The notes beneath the pieces were generated by a model. It was not told where the DNA came from. It saw only the letters and a list, made by a program, of their open reading frames with translations, and did not search any database. Positions 1-13,379 of a stretch of 64,000 bases of DNA are shown piece after piece; within the stretch, counting starts at the first letter, position 1, and each line of letters begins with the position of its first letter. Made by a program: the position numbers and the translations under genes. Source of the DNA: the human T2T-CHM13v2.0 reference genome, Homo sapiens; assembly GCF_009914755.1 (NCBI RefSeq), contig NC_060925.1, one strand, 5' to 3'.

Positions 1-1305
1 CAGAGTGCCATAACAGGTGTAGTAAGAGTGGTATCTGCAAGAAACAGAGCTGTACAAAGGAGATGGTGATTAGCTATTTCTTAGAGGCCTCAGTGTGCAG
101 TGGCTTTGGAGTTGTTCAGCCCAGATTCAGATTCCAGCATTAATACTACCTAATGCTACGATCTTGCACATGTTACCTAATTGTCTGAGCCTAATATTTC
201 CTTCCCCTGGGAAGGGGTTTCCTTGGTGTAACACTCACTCCTTCCCAAAAAAGGAAAAGTCCCTTCATTTAATTGGTGAGTTTGGGACATAAGGAAGCTG
301 TTTGCACCAGCCCCTCCCTCTTTCCTTTTTCTTTGAGTTCTGACTGTTTGTAGGAGCCAGGAATTTCCACTACTTCCTGCCACATGGTGACAGAGGTCTG
401 TCTGTTTTGATTTATGGGTGGGAACTGCAGTGGACCAGCATGGTTTGTAAAGGCAAAAGTTGCTGTAACTCATTATTAGAAGGCCACAGGTTTATGCCAT
501 ATTATAAATAATAGCTTCACAAAACTGATATGTGTTTCCCATAGACCCTATTTTTTCCCCTCTCAATTGGTTTAATTGGTTCTCAATTGGACAGGAGAGA
601 AAATACTGTGTTCAGTATCCATCATGCTGGGCCAGAAATCTGAGACTGAGACTGAAATACCACATGGTGAGTCTTTACTTTAGGCCAGGATACAGGAATT
701 TAGACTTCAGTAAGCACATAGCTTTGACGTTGACAACCTAGAGAGGCTACCTTGAGCCGCACAGCTCTTGCCTACAACTCGGTATTTATTTAGCTTTCAG
801 CTGACCTTACCAAAGTAGAAGCTTTAGGCTTCAGGCACAGCCATATGGGACTTTTCACCTTGGTGGTTCACATCAGCTTATGGCAACTTTGTCCACAGTG
901 AGCGGCTGTCTCTATAGAGACAGAGCTGCAAGTACGAGAGCTTTGGAAAAACAGTACAAATGCCTCAGGAAAAATACTGTGTGCTGTGGGGTGTTAGTCA
1001 CCGCAGCTTGACCTTAAACTAGAAGGTATGATTTTTCTAAGCAGTTGTAGCTGAGGTAAGGATTCCATTTTAGGATAAAGAGAACCTTTACATACTCAGC
1101 CTGTTAAGGCATTGGTAGGCAAAAAAATGATAATGATTGTTTTTTTAAATTTTGAGGCAGCTGCACTCCAGGTATGCTCAAGACACGAGGGAGAACTTGC
1201 CTTTAAATGATGAATGTCAAACCTAGGTGAAAAATGCAAGATCTGGCTGCCCATATTCTAACCTGTTTTCTGGACCAAGGAGCAAACTTGAATGATTTTG
1301 CTCAT

Positions 1306-1686
1306 TGGATAGCCTTGAATATACTTAGCTTGTCCAAAGGCTAATGTTTTGAAATACTTGAAGAGTTGCTGAATGAATTTCAAGGAGGTGTAGTCATCTT
1401 GGGGGCATTCAGATACTTTCTATGCTAAAAGGGGGCTGTGAGTGTTTTTTAAGAATGTCACACACTGTTTGAGATAATTAGTACCTTCCTAGTTCTGCAT
1501 TACTGCACTAAAATAACCGATAAATTCTATCTCCATTAAAGCAGGAATGGATAGCCTTGAATACATGTAGCTTGTCCAAAGGCTAAAGTTTTAAAATACT
1601 TGAAGAGTTGCTGAATGAATTTCAAGGAGGTGTAGTTATCTGAGGGGCATTCAGGTACTTTCTATGCTAAGAGGGGCCTGTGAGTT
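1306..1686 (+). repeat. Local direct duplication of ~138 bp (copy A 1306-1443, copy B 1548-1685)
   Basis: TGGATAGCCTTGAATA...CTGTGAGT occurs twice, 242 bp apart; about 11 mismatches by hand count. Confidence 0.95.
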
Positions 1687-2619
1687 TTAGAGAAAGAAAG
1701 GGACAGATTAAAGCAGTAAGTTAAACCATTACAGAAACAGTGGATTGGTTGTAAAAAGAAACGAGAAATGCCAGAGCTGTCTCCCACTCCTGCAAGAAAA
1801 GGCATAGCAGAAGGAAGTGCTACTTAGAGCCTGGGTTATTGAAGCAACACAGCAGAAAATTTGGTCCTTGTTACACTCCAGAACTTTGAAATCATCTACA
1901 GCAGCTGCTGAGCCATTTATTCTCCAGTGGAAATGAAAGACAGGGGATGAGGAAAAACTGTTGCACGGCAGGTGGGATTCACAGACTTAACTCCATAGAG
2001 AGAGGAGTGGCAGCAGCATGTGATGAGTGACCAGAGACACCCCAATGAGGCCAGACCACTGAGAAGAGCCCACCCCTAGGTCAGCATTATGCTCAAAACC
2101 ATGGGCTTCCAAAATGAAATGAAAATGAAGACCTAGGGAATAGGCAAAATAGTAATAAAAGCACTTCAGATAAGACCTGGTTACTTGACGGTCACCCTGG
2201 CAAATTGCTCAACTTTGCATAAATGTAGCAATGCCTCAAATGCTACTCCCCCTGAGAGAGAAAAATGGCATGCACGGAGGTCTATCTGTCCCAACTTCAG
2301 TCATGGTAAATGCCTTGGACCAAAATTAAACACTTGATGGGTAATTTCTTCCAACTCAGTTTAAATTTACCAGTTTGGGCTCTAAACAACTGGGGTGTAT
2401 GAAAAGGGCAAAATTTGAAATTGTTTCCTCCACCTACCTGCTTTTCTTTAGAAACTGTTGAGCATTTTCCCTGGTCTTAGACAATGCTGAGAATGGAGTT
2501 CTCAGAAAATAATTTTGTCTGGATTAACTCTTCTCCGAATTGGGGATTCTTGTTTCTAAATTTGGAGATGGGCAGCAGAAGAGTGGACTTCGGAACTTCC
2601 TGCACTTATGTCTTGGCTT

Positions 2620-2800
2620 GTTCCTAAACCAGCTGAAGCATCTTGGGCAAGTTCCTTAATTTCCAGGCTTCAATTTTTTTTTCATCAAAAATGAGAATAA
2701 CACTACATAAAGAGTTAATGTAGTTATAGCTAAATAGCATAATACATAGAAAAATGTCCAGAACAGAATTAGTGACTAGATATTACTATTATTATTAGCT
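2620..2800 (+). mobile_element. MIR SINE fragment
   Basis: tcttgggcaagttccttaatttcc...ttcatcaaaaatgagaataa resembles the MIR core; boundaries approximate. Confidence 0.6.
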
Positions 2801-3754
2801 TTTTGTCCTCTTTAATAAGTAGGTACATCGAAGAACTGATGTAAAACTAATGTAGTTTCTGAGGCTTTAAAGGACTGAGTTCAGTAAGAGACAAGTTGGC
2901 TTACAGCTGCCGCGGCTGTCCCAACCTCGCCTGAAGCCCATCTAGCTGAGGCAGAGCAGCATAAGTGGTTGGGGAAAAGGGACTTTTGGCTTTTATTTTC
3001 TTGGTTTTTCACTTATCAGGGCAAGGGAAAGGAATCTATCAGCTTTAACTATGCCCTGCAAATGTGATAATGGAAGGGAAGTTATATCCATACGTAAGAC
3101 ATCCCTTTGTTGACATTTTGTCATTAAAGTGTGATAATGTTGTCATCCAGTCTTACTGCAGAACTTCGAAAGTCTGTTTGAAGATATGGCTGGGCATGGT
3201 TTGGAGTAGCAAGTAGAGCAGGAAATAGAATACAGAATAGGGAATGGATTTTCTGCCTTAGAATGTGGGTTTAGAACTAATTTGATTAACGATTTGTTCT
3301 GGTTCATTTCAAACTCCTTTGAAGTTAAATAATAAACTGTCCACCCATGATCCTAAGAGGATGCACAAAGGGACAGTGCTGAGAACACAAGTGTCCTAAA
3401 AAGCCACTGATTTTCTTCCTGGAGATGGTCATTCATGCACTGAGTTTTTAAGCCTTGTGGGTTTAGAAAATAAAAAACTCGAGAGGTTAGTGAACGAATG
3501 CTTCTCCCCTGCTCTTGGTGCCTCCCTCCTTGTGAAGGGAGCTCTGCAGTGAGTCACCTCTGGCCTCTCACTCGCCAACCAAGGGTGGTGAGCATGGGAT
3601 AAAAAACTGTGAATGTGCCATCCAGACACCTGCTTATCTATTTCTCTTTGGAATGGGGTTGCCCGAGGAGCCATTTCTGCTCAATATTCTGCCAGAAAGT
3701 GAAAGAGACCACTCTGGTGATCCCCCACTTCCTGTGACTGAGTAAGAAAATCTC

Positions 3755-4052
<298 letters not shown>

Positions 4053-4199
4053 TCAGCTGGGGCCCCAGCCATGATACCACATTACAGGAAGGACTCGGGG
4101 ACTGGGACAGGGAATAACAACTGAAGGACAAGAAAGCTGTGTTCCAGCCAGCTCCTAAGGAACTTTCCTGAGAGCCACACTCAAGAAGTTCCATGCCAT

Positions 4200-5049
4200 G
4201 TCATTGACAACCCCTAGACACAAAGATAGCTGAAAATGTAGTCACTATGTTAAGCACAGTGACACCCCAAATAAACTTGGGTTCTTATTGGAGACTGTGG
4301 GAAAATAAATGTTGCATAAGCAACCATAAGTCTCTGCCAGGGAGCCCTTAGCGGAAGCCTGAGGGAGGTTTTGAGAGGCTTTTGTTTTTCTCCTAAAGGA
4401 GAAAAGTTGCAGCCTGAAGAGAGGCCCTTGTCCTTTTCTCTCCTAGCTTTGAAAGTGGGTTGACACCAAGAGGTGGAATGGCCATCTTGCAACCCAGAAA
4501 TGAACATGGGGAGGAAGGATAAATGCCAAATAAGTCACAGAGGTTTCTGGTCTTGCCATTGCTGAGCCATTGAGCCAACACTAACAGCTACTTACCTTCA
4601 ATGATCTTATTGTGTGAAAAACTTTTATGTGTTAATTCACTGGTGTATTAGTCCATTCTTGCATTGCTACAAAGAACTACCTGAGACTGGGTAATTTACA
4701 AAGAAAAGAGGTTTAATTGGCTCACGGTTCTGCAGGCTGTACAGGAAGCATGGCTGAGGAGGCATGGCGGAAGGCCAAGGGGAAGGAGATTCATCCTCCG
4801 TGGGTGGAGCAGGAGGAAGAGAGCGAAGCGGGAGGAGCTACACACTTTTAAACAAGCAGATCTCATGAGAACTCACTCACTATTATGACAACAGCAAGAG
4901 AGAAATCCATCACCCCCCACCAGGCCCCTCCTCCGATATTGGGGATTACAATTAGACATAAGATTTGGGTGAGGACACAAATCCAAACCATATCAACTGG
5001 AGTCACATATTTTGCTGCCCTATAAGCAAATATATTCATAACTGATATA
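4200..5049 (+). mobile_element. Old MLT1-family MaLR LTR, interrupted by an MST LTR
   Basis: gccatcttgcaacc...gagccattgagcc motifs; the 3' end resumes after 5000 (...ataactgatata); left boundary approximate. Confidence 0.55.
4644..4995 (-). mobile_element. MST (MSTA/B-like) MaLR solo LTR
   Basis: TGTATTAGTCCATTC...AACCATATCA termini; perfect 5-bp TSD ACTGG at 4639-4643 and 4996-5000. Confidence 0.9.
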
Positions 5050-5087
5050 AATCTTAAATATCAGTCATTTGGTTTGGTTTTAGCTTC

Positions 5088-5092
<5 letters not shown>

Positions 5093-5126
<34 letters not shown>
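5093..5126. repeat. (TG)n microsatellite
   Basis: About 17 TG units. Confidence 0.95.
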
Positions 5127-5128
<2 letters not shown>

Positions 5129-5769
5129 GGTGGAATGTGTTGAAGGAATTAGAGCCTGTCATTTTTCTCACAGAAAAGATAGGAAGTTTGTGAGATAATG
5201 TCAATATAAAAGCTTTCCAAAGGATCAAAAAGATTTCTAGAATTCACTTAATCCATTTCCATATCTACATTGTCTGTATTTTCTAAAGAAAATATCTTCA
5301 GACATACTTCCCATCACTTCAAAGCTCATATACATGACCAGAGATTTTTAGTATTTAATTAGCATCTTGCTGAATTATAAGTCATTTCCCCTTTGTCCTG
5401 GCCTCATTGAATAGGGTGAACAGATGTTCTACTTCCCTTGACAAAATCTTTTCACTCCTCAATGGCTGTAATTAAATGCCTCTTCAGTCTTCTCATCTGG
5501 ACAAATTAATTCAATTTCTTGAAATCTGGACCCTAACGGACTAACACTTGCACCTTTTTGGTCACCACTGTTGTACCTCTCTGGACTCATTTCAAGTTCA
5601 CTGCATCTTACTTCTGTAATTTGTCAGATGCCAGGAAGAAATATAAAAATAAAGGCCCAGAATTGGAAGTGGGTCATCTCAATCTCCTTTCCTGATATTC
5701 TAGCCTCGAAAATATTCCTCACCCATCAACATTGCTGATAAGGTTAGATACGTCTTATTTGTTTGAGGA

Positions 5770-5937
5770 AGTTCTAGCTATATACTGAAGTCATCTGGAG
5801 AACTTTTAGAGAATATTCATGCCTGGGTCCCATTCACAACAATTTTGATTTCATTGGCCGAGAGCAGGGTCTCAGCATTGTTGTTCCGTGAAAGTTTTCC
5901 AAATGCATCTAATGCACAGCCAGGCTTGAGAACCAGA
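5770..5937. mobile_element. MER5-like hAT-Charlie DNA transposon remnant
   Basis: atgcctgggtccca...tctaatgcacagccaggcttgagaacca resembles a MER5 end. Confidence 0.65.
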
Positions 5938-6185
5938 GAGCTATTTCCTCCGGCTATTCTTTACATTTCAGTATCTCCTGTCTCCATTTTGTTTCTGCTC
6001 CGTAAATCTTCTCACAAACTCTTAGGAACTTGCTCTCCATGGCTTTACCCTGTCTGTATACAAACATGCTCACTTCTTCCCCACCTGTAACAAAATTAAC
6101 AAAGCAAACAAACAAACTAAAAAAATGTTAGCCTTCTGCCGTGAGAGCGCCTCTAGCTAGCCTGTCTTTATTCTTAATAGCCAAG

Positions 6186-6573
6186 TGCTTTGGCTTGAAT
6201 GTTTCTCCCCTCCAAAACTCAAGTAGAAATTTAGTTTTCATTCCAACAGTATTAAAAGGTGGAACCTTTAAGTGATCAGCCCATGAGGGCTCTGCTGTCT
6301 TAATACCCTTTAAAAAGTGTGAGTTCAGCCCTGTGAGTTTAGCCCCCTTTCTCTGTTTGCATTTTCATCTTCTGCCATGTGAAAGCGAAGCTTTCCTCCC
6401 CTCTGGAGGATGTAGCATTGGAGGCACTATCTTGGAATCAGAGTTGGCAGACCTGCTGGTGCCTTGATCTCAGACTTCCCAGCCTCCAGAACTGTAAGCC
6501 AACAAGATTTTGTTCACTATAAATTACCCAGTCTGTGATATTCTGTTATAGCAGCACAAAAGGGACTAAGACA
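6186..6573 (+). mobile_element. MaLR solo LTR (MSTC/D or MLT1A-like)
   Basis: TGCTTTGGCTTGAATG...GACTAAGACA termini; perfect TSD CCAAG at 6181-6185 and 6574-6578. Confidence 0.85.
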
Positions 6574-6579
6574 CCAAGC

Positions 6580-8050
6580 TTCTGGAAAAGTCAACCTACA
6601 CACACCCTTTGTTCATCTTTTATTCATTCCTCAATCCACCTGGCTTTTAAAATGTATCTTCCTATCCATGCTGAAAACTATTTCAATCATCAAGGTACTG
6701 AATCTAAAAACTACTTCTTGTTTTTATTTTACTTCACTTCTCTGCAACTGTTGACATTATTGTCCCACACTCTCCTGTCTAAAACACTTCCTCCTCTTGT
6801 CTTTAAAATGCTACTCTTTTTACCTGCCTGTCTTTCCCATTGGTCTGCTTTGCCCAATAATGTTCAAAATGTTGGTGTACCCCAGGCACCATGCTAGTCT
6901 CCCTCTAAAATTTCTAAACACTCTCCCTGAGTAATCCCAATCTCCTCCTTTCTTCAGTCTTCTTGTTGATGTGTTATAAATCTATATATCTCAGCTCCAG
7001 CTTCCTGAGTTTCAGATCCATGCATCCAACTACTTTCTGGCATTATAATATCTAGCAGGTACTTCAAGTTTGATATGTACAAAACATAATTGTTTTCTCC
7101 TCCACACCAAACCTACCTGGTCCTGTATTCTCTTGTCTTTAATTAATTCCATTGTCTTTATTAGTGGTACCACTAATTACCTAGAAACCCCAAGAATCAC
7201 CTTCAGCCTTCATTTGTGATCTCCTCCCATATGTTGGACACCAAGTCTCTTTAATTCTACTTCTAGAAGATCTCTTGAAATTTCCCTCCACTGCTCATGC
7301 CTTAGTCCAAATTCTTAACTCAAAAATTAACATATATAATAGTTTCTAATTTGTCTGTAATCCGTTTCCACAGATGCTAGAATTATCTTCATAAAATAAA
7401 AATTTGATTACATTACAACCCAAAATAAAATACTTCAAATGCTCTTTATCTCTTATAGTACCTCATTCACTCATTCAGGAATTTTTGTAATTTAGCCTCC
7501 TCCTATCTTTTTATTTTCACCTTCTGCCCCTCTCCCAGGTGCACTGAAATTATTGGAGTTTTCTGAACAAATTCATGTCTCCTATCTCAGCACATTATTA
7601 TTCCATTGCTAGGAATGTCACTAGCCAAAGTCTATCTAACAAACCCCTCCTTATCTTTTATGGATGATAAGCTCTCTCAGGGCCATCTCATCTTTACTGT
7701 ACTTACAGCCCTCTGCATAGTATCTGGAACACAGTAGGTACCCACTAAATATTTACTGTGTGAAATCTTTTCTGTCTGCCTACATCCCACTTCAAGCAGA
7801 GTTAGATCTAATAGTTGTGGTCTCATAGCAACATGTACATACAGCTATAATATAATAGTGTTCATCCCATTAGATTGTAATTACTTATTTGTCTGCATCC
7901 TCTACTGAACGATGAGCTCTTTGATGGAAGAGGATGTGTTATGTTTGCTTTTGTATTTCTACCATTCAGCAGTGTCTAATATATTGCAGATACTGCTGAT
8001 TTTTGGCAAGTTCATTAATACATTCATAGAAGTGATGAGATGGGTAAATT
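6580..8050 (+). mobile_element. L2 LINE fragments
   Basis: Pyrimidine-rich L2-like body; L2 3'-end motif atagtatctggaacacagtagg...aaatattt near 7718-7762; a second 3' end near 7950-8030. Confidence 0.65.
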
Positions 8051-8339
8051 GAATTGAGAACTTAAAAACTAAAGATTGTGCAACTTTCAAAAAGTGAAGA
8101 GATACCCAGACATCAAACTATCTTTGTAATGTATATATCATAAGGTTTGAGTGTATACATATTAGAAAGATGAAAATTGTTTACAAAAAGAAAATTACAA
8201 GATAAATTTTCATTTACATATAATGAGTGTGAAAATATATTTCTGGTATTCTAACAATATATACTATCATTCTCTTTTTGTCTCTTATTTAGGAAGAGAA
8301 ATAAATAGTTTCATGACTCAATTTTGGCGTAGCTCTATG

Positions 8340-8530
8340 AAGAAGTTTAGCAAATAGTTTCTGGAGTTGGAATTCCTGGGTTTGAATTCCAACTCTACCG
8401 CTTAGGATCTTGGGAAAATCATTTAATCTGTGCTTTAGTTTACTCATTTGTAAATTTAGAGTTGTTATAAGGGTTAAGTAAGATTATACACATAAAACAT
8501 TTAGAACAGGGCCAGATAGAGTTAGCACTT
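8340..8530 (+). mobile_element. MIR SINE
   Basis: cctgggtttgaattccaactctacc...tttactcatttgtaaa core. Confidence 0.7.
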
Positions 8531-8939
8531 GAGTCTCTGATTCATAACAGCCAACAACCTATTTCTATAAATCATAAATTACTTTGCCTGTGACATGAAA
8601 GACATGTGACGTATTGTTGGCATTAAGAAATGGCCTCAGTTTGGAGGATCAAATTAATTTTCCAATAGAATTTACAGATTTTATAAGAAATACACAAGTG
8701 GTTTATCTACCTGAAATTTGTAAACAGGGTAATTGATCCAGTTATAACTATGTTGTTGGGACTCTGTATTTGTACATTACCACTGATATCTGTGTGCTAG
8801 CAGAGATTTGAATTTTCTGTTCTGTCTCCTGAAGAGCCCCTGACTGACAGAACATTTGAATACTGTGATTATATGGATCCAGTGATCATATGAATCACTG
8901 GATTTGTTTCATTTTTATCATAAATAAATGAAAGAGAAA

Positions 8940-9090
8940 GGATCGTAGAACGTTAGGATCCTAGAATTCTAGAAGCCGTCTTAAAGACTATGTTCTATAA
9001 AACTTCATTTTACAGATGAGAACATTGAAATTTGAAAGGTTGGATAATTTCATGAGATCACATGAGTGGGAAGACAGGGTTGCAATGAGT
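8940..9090 (-). mobile_element. MIR SINE fragment
   Basis: cattttacagatgagaacattga is the reverse MIR core. Confidence 0.6.
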
Positions 9091-9241
9091 CTTTGGCTGG
9101 ACTAAAAGGAATTCACATAAACAGATGAATTAGCTAGACAAAGTGAGACTTAATTTGTCAGTGTGGCTGATGAGAAGGGGGTGCTTCTTAAAGCTTTGTG
9201 AGAAACCCCTCAGTTGCCTTCCTAAAGAGAAAGGCATTCCA

Positions 9242-9430
9242 TTAGTATAAGTAAAGGAAGATAAGATGTATCTTGTAAAGTATAGAAGGTTTGTCACGAG
9301 AACATTTTGTAAAGATAGAAGTTTCAGGTGATTAACAAGAAGTACTAGATAAAGTGAGTAGAAAAATTAGGAATCAGTACATACGTGATCCCAGACTTGC
9401 TGTGGGATGAAGGTGGTCTGATTCACCTCC
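9242..9430 (+). repeat. Donor copy of a ~189-bp segment duplicated at 11954-12451
   Basis: TTAGTATAAGTAAAGGAAGATA...GGTCTGATTCACCTCC occurs at both sites; about 20 differences by hand count. Confidence 0.95.
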
Positions 9431-9646
9431 ACATGATGTGAGCTTTCTGCTCTGCCTAATGGTCAGGTGTATTTATGTGGTGGAGGCAAAGACATTCCAA
9501 GACTATAGGGAGATAGCTCCTTTAAAGCACATGCTCCACTCTATTCTACTGCCTTACTCACCAAGTGAGTTTTTGATAGTTATTTTATTCTCCAGGAAAG
9601 ACTTTCATTCTTTGAATAGCATTATCTGATGAACTGACATAAGTAT

Positions 9647-9954
9647 TTCTTTTCTTTTCTTTGTTTCTTTTGAGACAAGGTCTTTCTCTGTCACTCAGGC
9701 TGGAGTGCAGTGGACCAATCACGGCTCACTGTAGCCTCGACCTCCTAGGCTCAAGTGATCCTCCCACCTCTCCATCTTTCGAGTAGCTGGGACTACAGGC
9801 ATGCGCCACCACACTTGGCTATTTTTTTTTTTTTTTTAAGAGATGGGGTCTTACTGTGTTGCCCAGGCTGATCTCAAACTCCAGGGCTCAAGCGATCCTC
9901 CCACCTTGGCCTCCCAAAGTGCTAAGATTATAGGCGTGAGCAACTGCACCCAGC
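9647..9954 (-). mobile_element. AluJ-type SINE
   Basis: Reverse Alu with AluJ-like CAGCCTCGACCTCC / GCTCAAGCGATCCTCCCACC; flanking AGTATTT repeat. Confidence 0.9.
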
Positions 9955-10009
9955 AGTATTTGTTTTCCCTTACCAGTTACATGTCTGGGATGGAGTCACA
10001 CATTATTGC

Positions 10010-10420
10010 AGTGGATGCTATGGCATGCTACCAAGACCTGCCCTCCACAGCAAAACCAAAGCAATCATTCTCCCAGTTGCCAGGAATGTTGACAGCTGGC
10101 ATCTCCCAGCTAAGTCATTCTTTGGGATTTTCTTTTATCGGAAGAGAGTCACCTTTCCCACCTCTTTTCTGGGAAACCTACAGCTAAGAGAAGAATATAA
10201 TTGCTTAGCCCCCATATATAAAAGAGCATCCTTGCTCCAGAGCTTCCTGTAACACCAGCTAAAGACCTTTTTTGGTGACTTCATTACATTCAAACTTTTT
10301 TTCTTCCCACTCTTACTTTCTTCACTCCTCTGCAAATGTGTTGAGAGAACTCTTCAATAAATTTCTTGCACACAAGTCTCTATTTCAGAGTCTGCTTCCT
10401 AGGAAGCCTGAGGCAAATAT
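10010..10420 (+). mobile_element. LTR16-like ERVL solo LTR
   Basis: tgttgacagctggc; AATAAA followed by ...tcagagtctgcttcctaggaagcc, typical of an LTR16 3' end. Confidence 0.65.
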
Positions 10421-10619
10421 ACAAATCAGTTTCCAATAGGTTTACAGGGATTTAGAACCAACGGCGTGATCATCTCTGCAAATACTGTTTCTGAACCTAT
10501 CAAAATGAAGATCAGATCCTTAAAAGGTGGTGACCTTATCAAGTTTCAATAGATATTTATTGCATGAGACTTCCGAATATTTATTGTTTGAAGTTCTCTC
10601 CTGCCATTCACCTTTTTCC

Positions 10620-11112
10620 ATTACTAGTACTCTAGCTTTTGTTTTGAGATCCACTGCTGTATCAGTGGGTGGGGCTGACCACCTGCAGTTCCAGGACCAG
10701 GTGTAAGAAACAGAGCTGAGACAATTGTTATATTCTATTATTTGCAAGATGATTACTTCAAGGATGAACATCTTAGCCAAATTGGACCAATAATATTCAG
10801 ACCAAGAACATTCCTTCACTCACTTCGTAAAAGAGAAGTCTTTCTTTCCACGGCTGTTAAGCATGTAAGAATGTAGATTTTGGGAGCCATGCCACTTCCA
10901 TGCAAAGCTTGAGACTAAAACCAACATAATAGAGACCAGATAAGAGATAGAAAAGATCACATTCAGAGATGGCTCTATTTATGTGCCTGAATCAAATTGT
11001 ACAGATGAATCTTACCCTTAGCTTTCCAGTTATGAAAGTGAATAAATTATTTTGGTTTAAGCTAGTTTGAGTGAGATTATTCTGTCACTCATACTAAAGA
11101 GTCCCACTGATA
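10620..11112 (+). mobile_element. Old MLT1-type LTR
   Basis: 3' end aataaatt...tttaagctagtttgagt...tctgtcact...actgata; left boundary approximate. Confidence 0.6.
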
Positions 11113-11669
11113 GACAAGTTATAGACATTCTATGAGGTTTAGCTAGAAAGAGACAAGGAGTATTTTAGTTTACTATCGTTTAAATTTAACGTAAATCAGC
11201 TGAGCCACTTATAGACTGATCGGTCAATTGAAATATGATATATGATGTTTTGAGGTTTCATTTTACTTTCCCCAAGTAAGATAGACCAAAATTTAATGTA
11301 TAATGATTTAGTTAAATGATGGTAAATGCTTTCATTTCAATAACTGTGAAGAAATTATGAAAAGTGAACATTTTTAATAATTGGAAAGGCCCAGGCCATT
11401 CCAAATCTATGATTAACTCATCAGCTACACCAGAGATTGAAAATGCGTATGTCCACAAATGCCAGGAAGATATCATAAAAGAACAGAGTACGTCTGGTAT
11501 CAAATAATAATAAGTGGGTAAGATCTAGGACAAACTGGAGATGAGATAGCCTATTAGAATCATCTGGAAATAAAAGCCCAACATAGCCCAATATTTTAAA
11601 TGTTTTCAAGAGAAGACAAGTCCATATTTTAGGCAAAATCCTCTCGATTTTTAAATGTTGGTAATGAGA

Positions 11670-12678
<1,009 letters not shown>

Positions 12679-12765
12679 AACAAGTAATTTAAAAAAATTT
12701 TTGAAAACACTGACCTCTGAGCTAGATCTAGGCTATAAACATCTACCTTTTAATCTCACTTAAGG

Positions 12766-13156
12766 TGTGATGGTTAATTTTATGTATCAACTTGACTGGG
12801 CCATGAGGTGGCCAGATATTTAGTTGAACTTTATTCTGGGTGTGTCTGTGAGGCTGTTTCTGCATGCAGTGAACGTTTACAGTGGACCGAGTAAAGCAGA
12901 CAGCCCTCCCTTACGTGAATGGGCCTCATCCAGTTAGTTGAAGGTTTGAATAGAACGAGAAAGTTGAGTATGGGGGAACTCCTTCTGACTAACTGCCTTC
13001 AAGCTGGGACATTGATTTCCTCCTGTTTTTTGGACTTGAATTAAAACATTGGCTCTTCCTGGCTTTTGAGACTTGGATTTCAGACGGAACTATGTCATTG
13101 GCTCTCTTCGCCCTCCAGCTTAATTGTGTGAGCCAATTTTCTACAATAAATCTCAA

Positions 13157-13191
<35 letters not shown>

Positions 13192-13379
13192 GTATCTAAA
13201 ATTTAAAATATTTTAATTAATATGTTCATCAAATTTAAAAATATTCATATGTATTTATATATTTATGACATATATGACATCTATATGTCTACATTATCTC
13301 TCTCTCTCTATATATATATGTCTCCCTATATGTCTATATCCTATCGGTTCTGTTTCTCTAGAGAACTGTGGCTAATACA
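12766..13379 (+). mobile_element. MLT2 (ERVL) solo LTR with internal (CT)/(TA) expansion
   Basis: TGTGATGGTTAATTTTATGTATCAACTTGACTGG start; ...AGAGAAC...CTAATACA end; AATAAA then a simple-repeat tract. Confidence 0.9.

Noticed and set aside
695-730. LDFSK motif in ORF 532-741 resembling CR1 reverse transcriptase
   Set aside because: The match is only five residues with no flanking similarity.
13155-13340. AT-rich, hairpin-prone tract
   Set aside because: It is the usual (CT)n/(TA)n expansion inside MLT2 LTRs.
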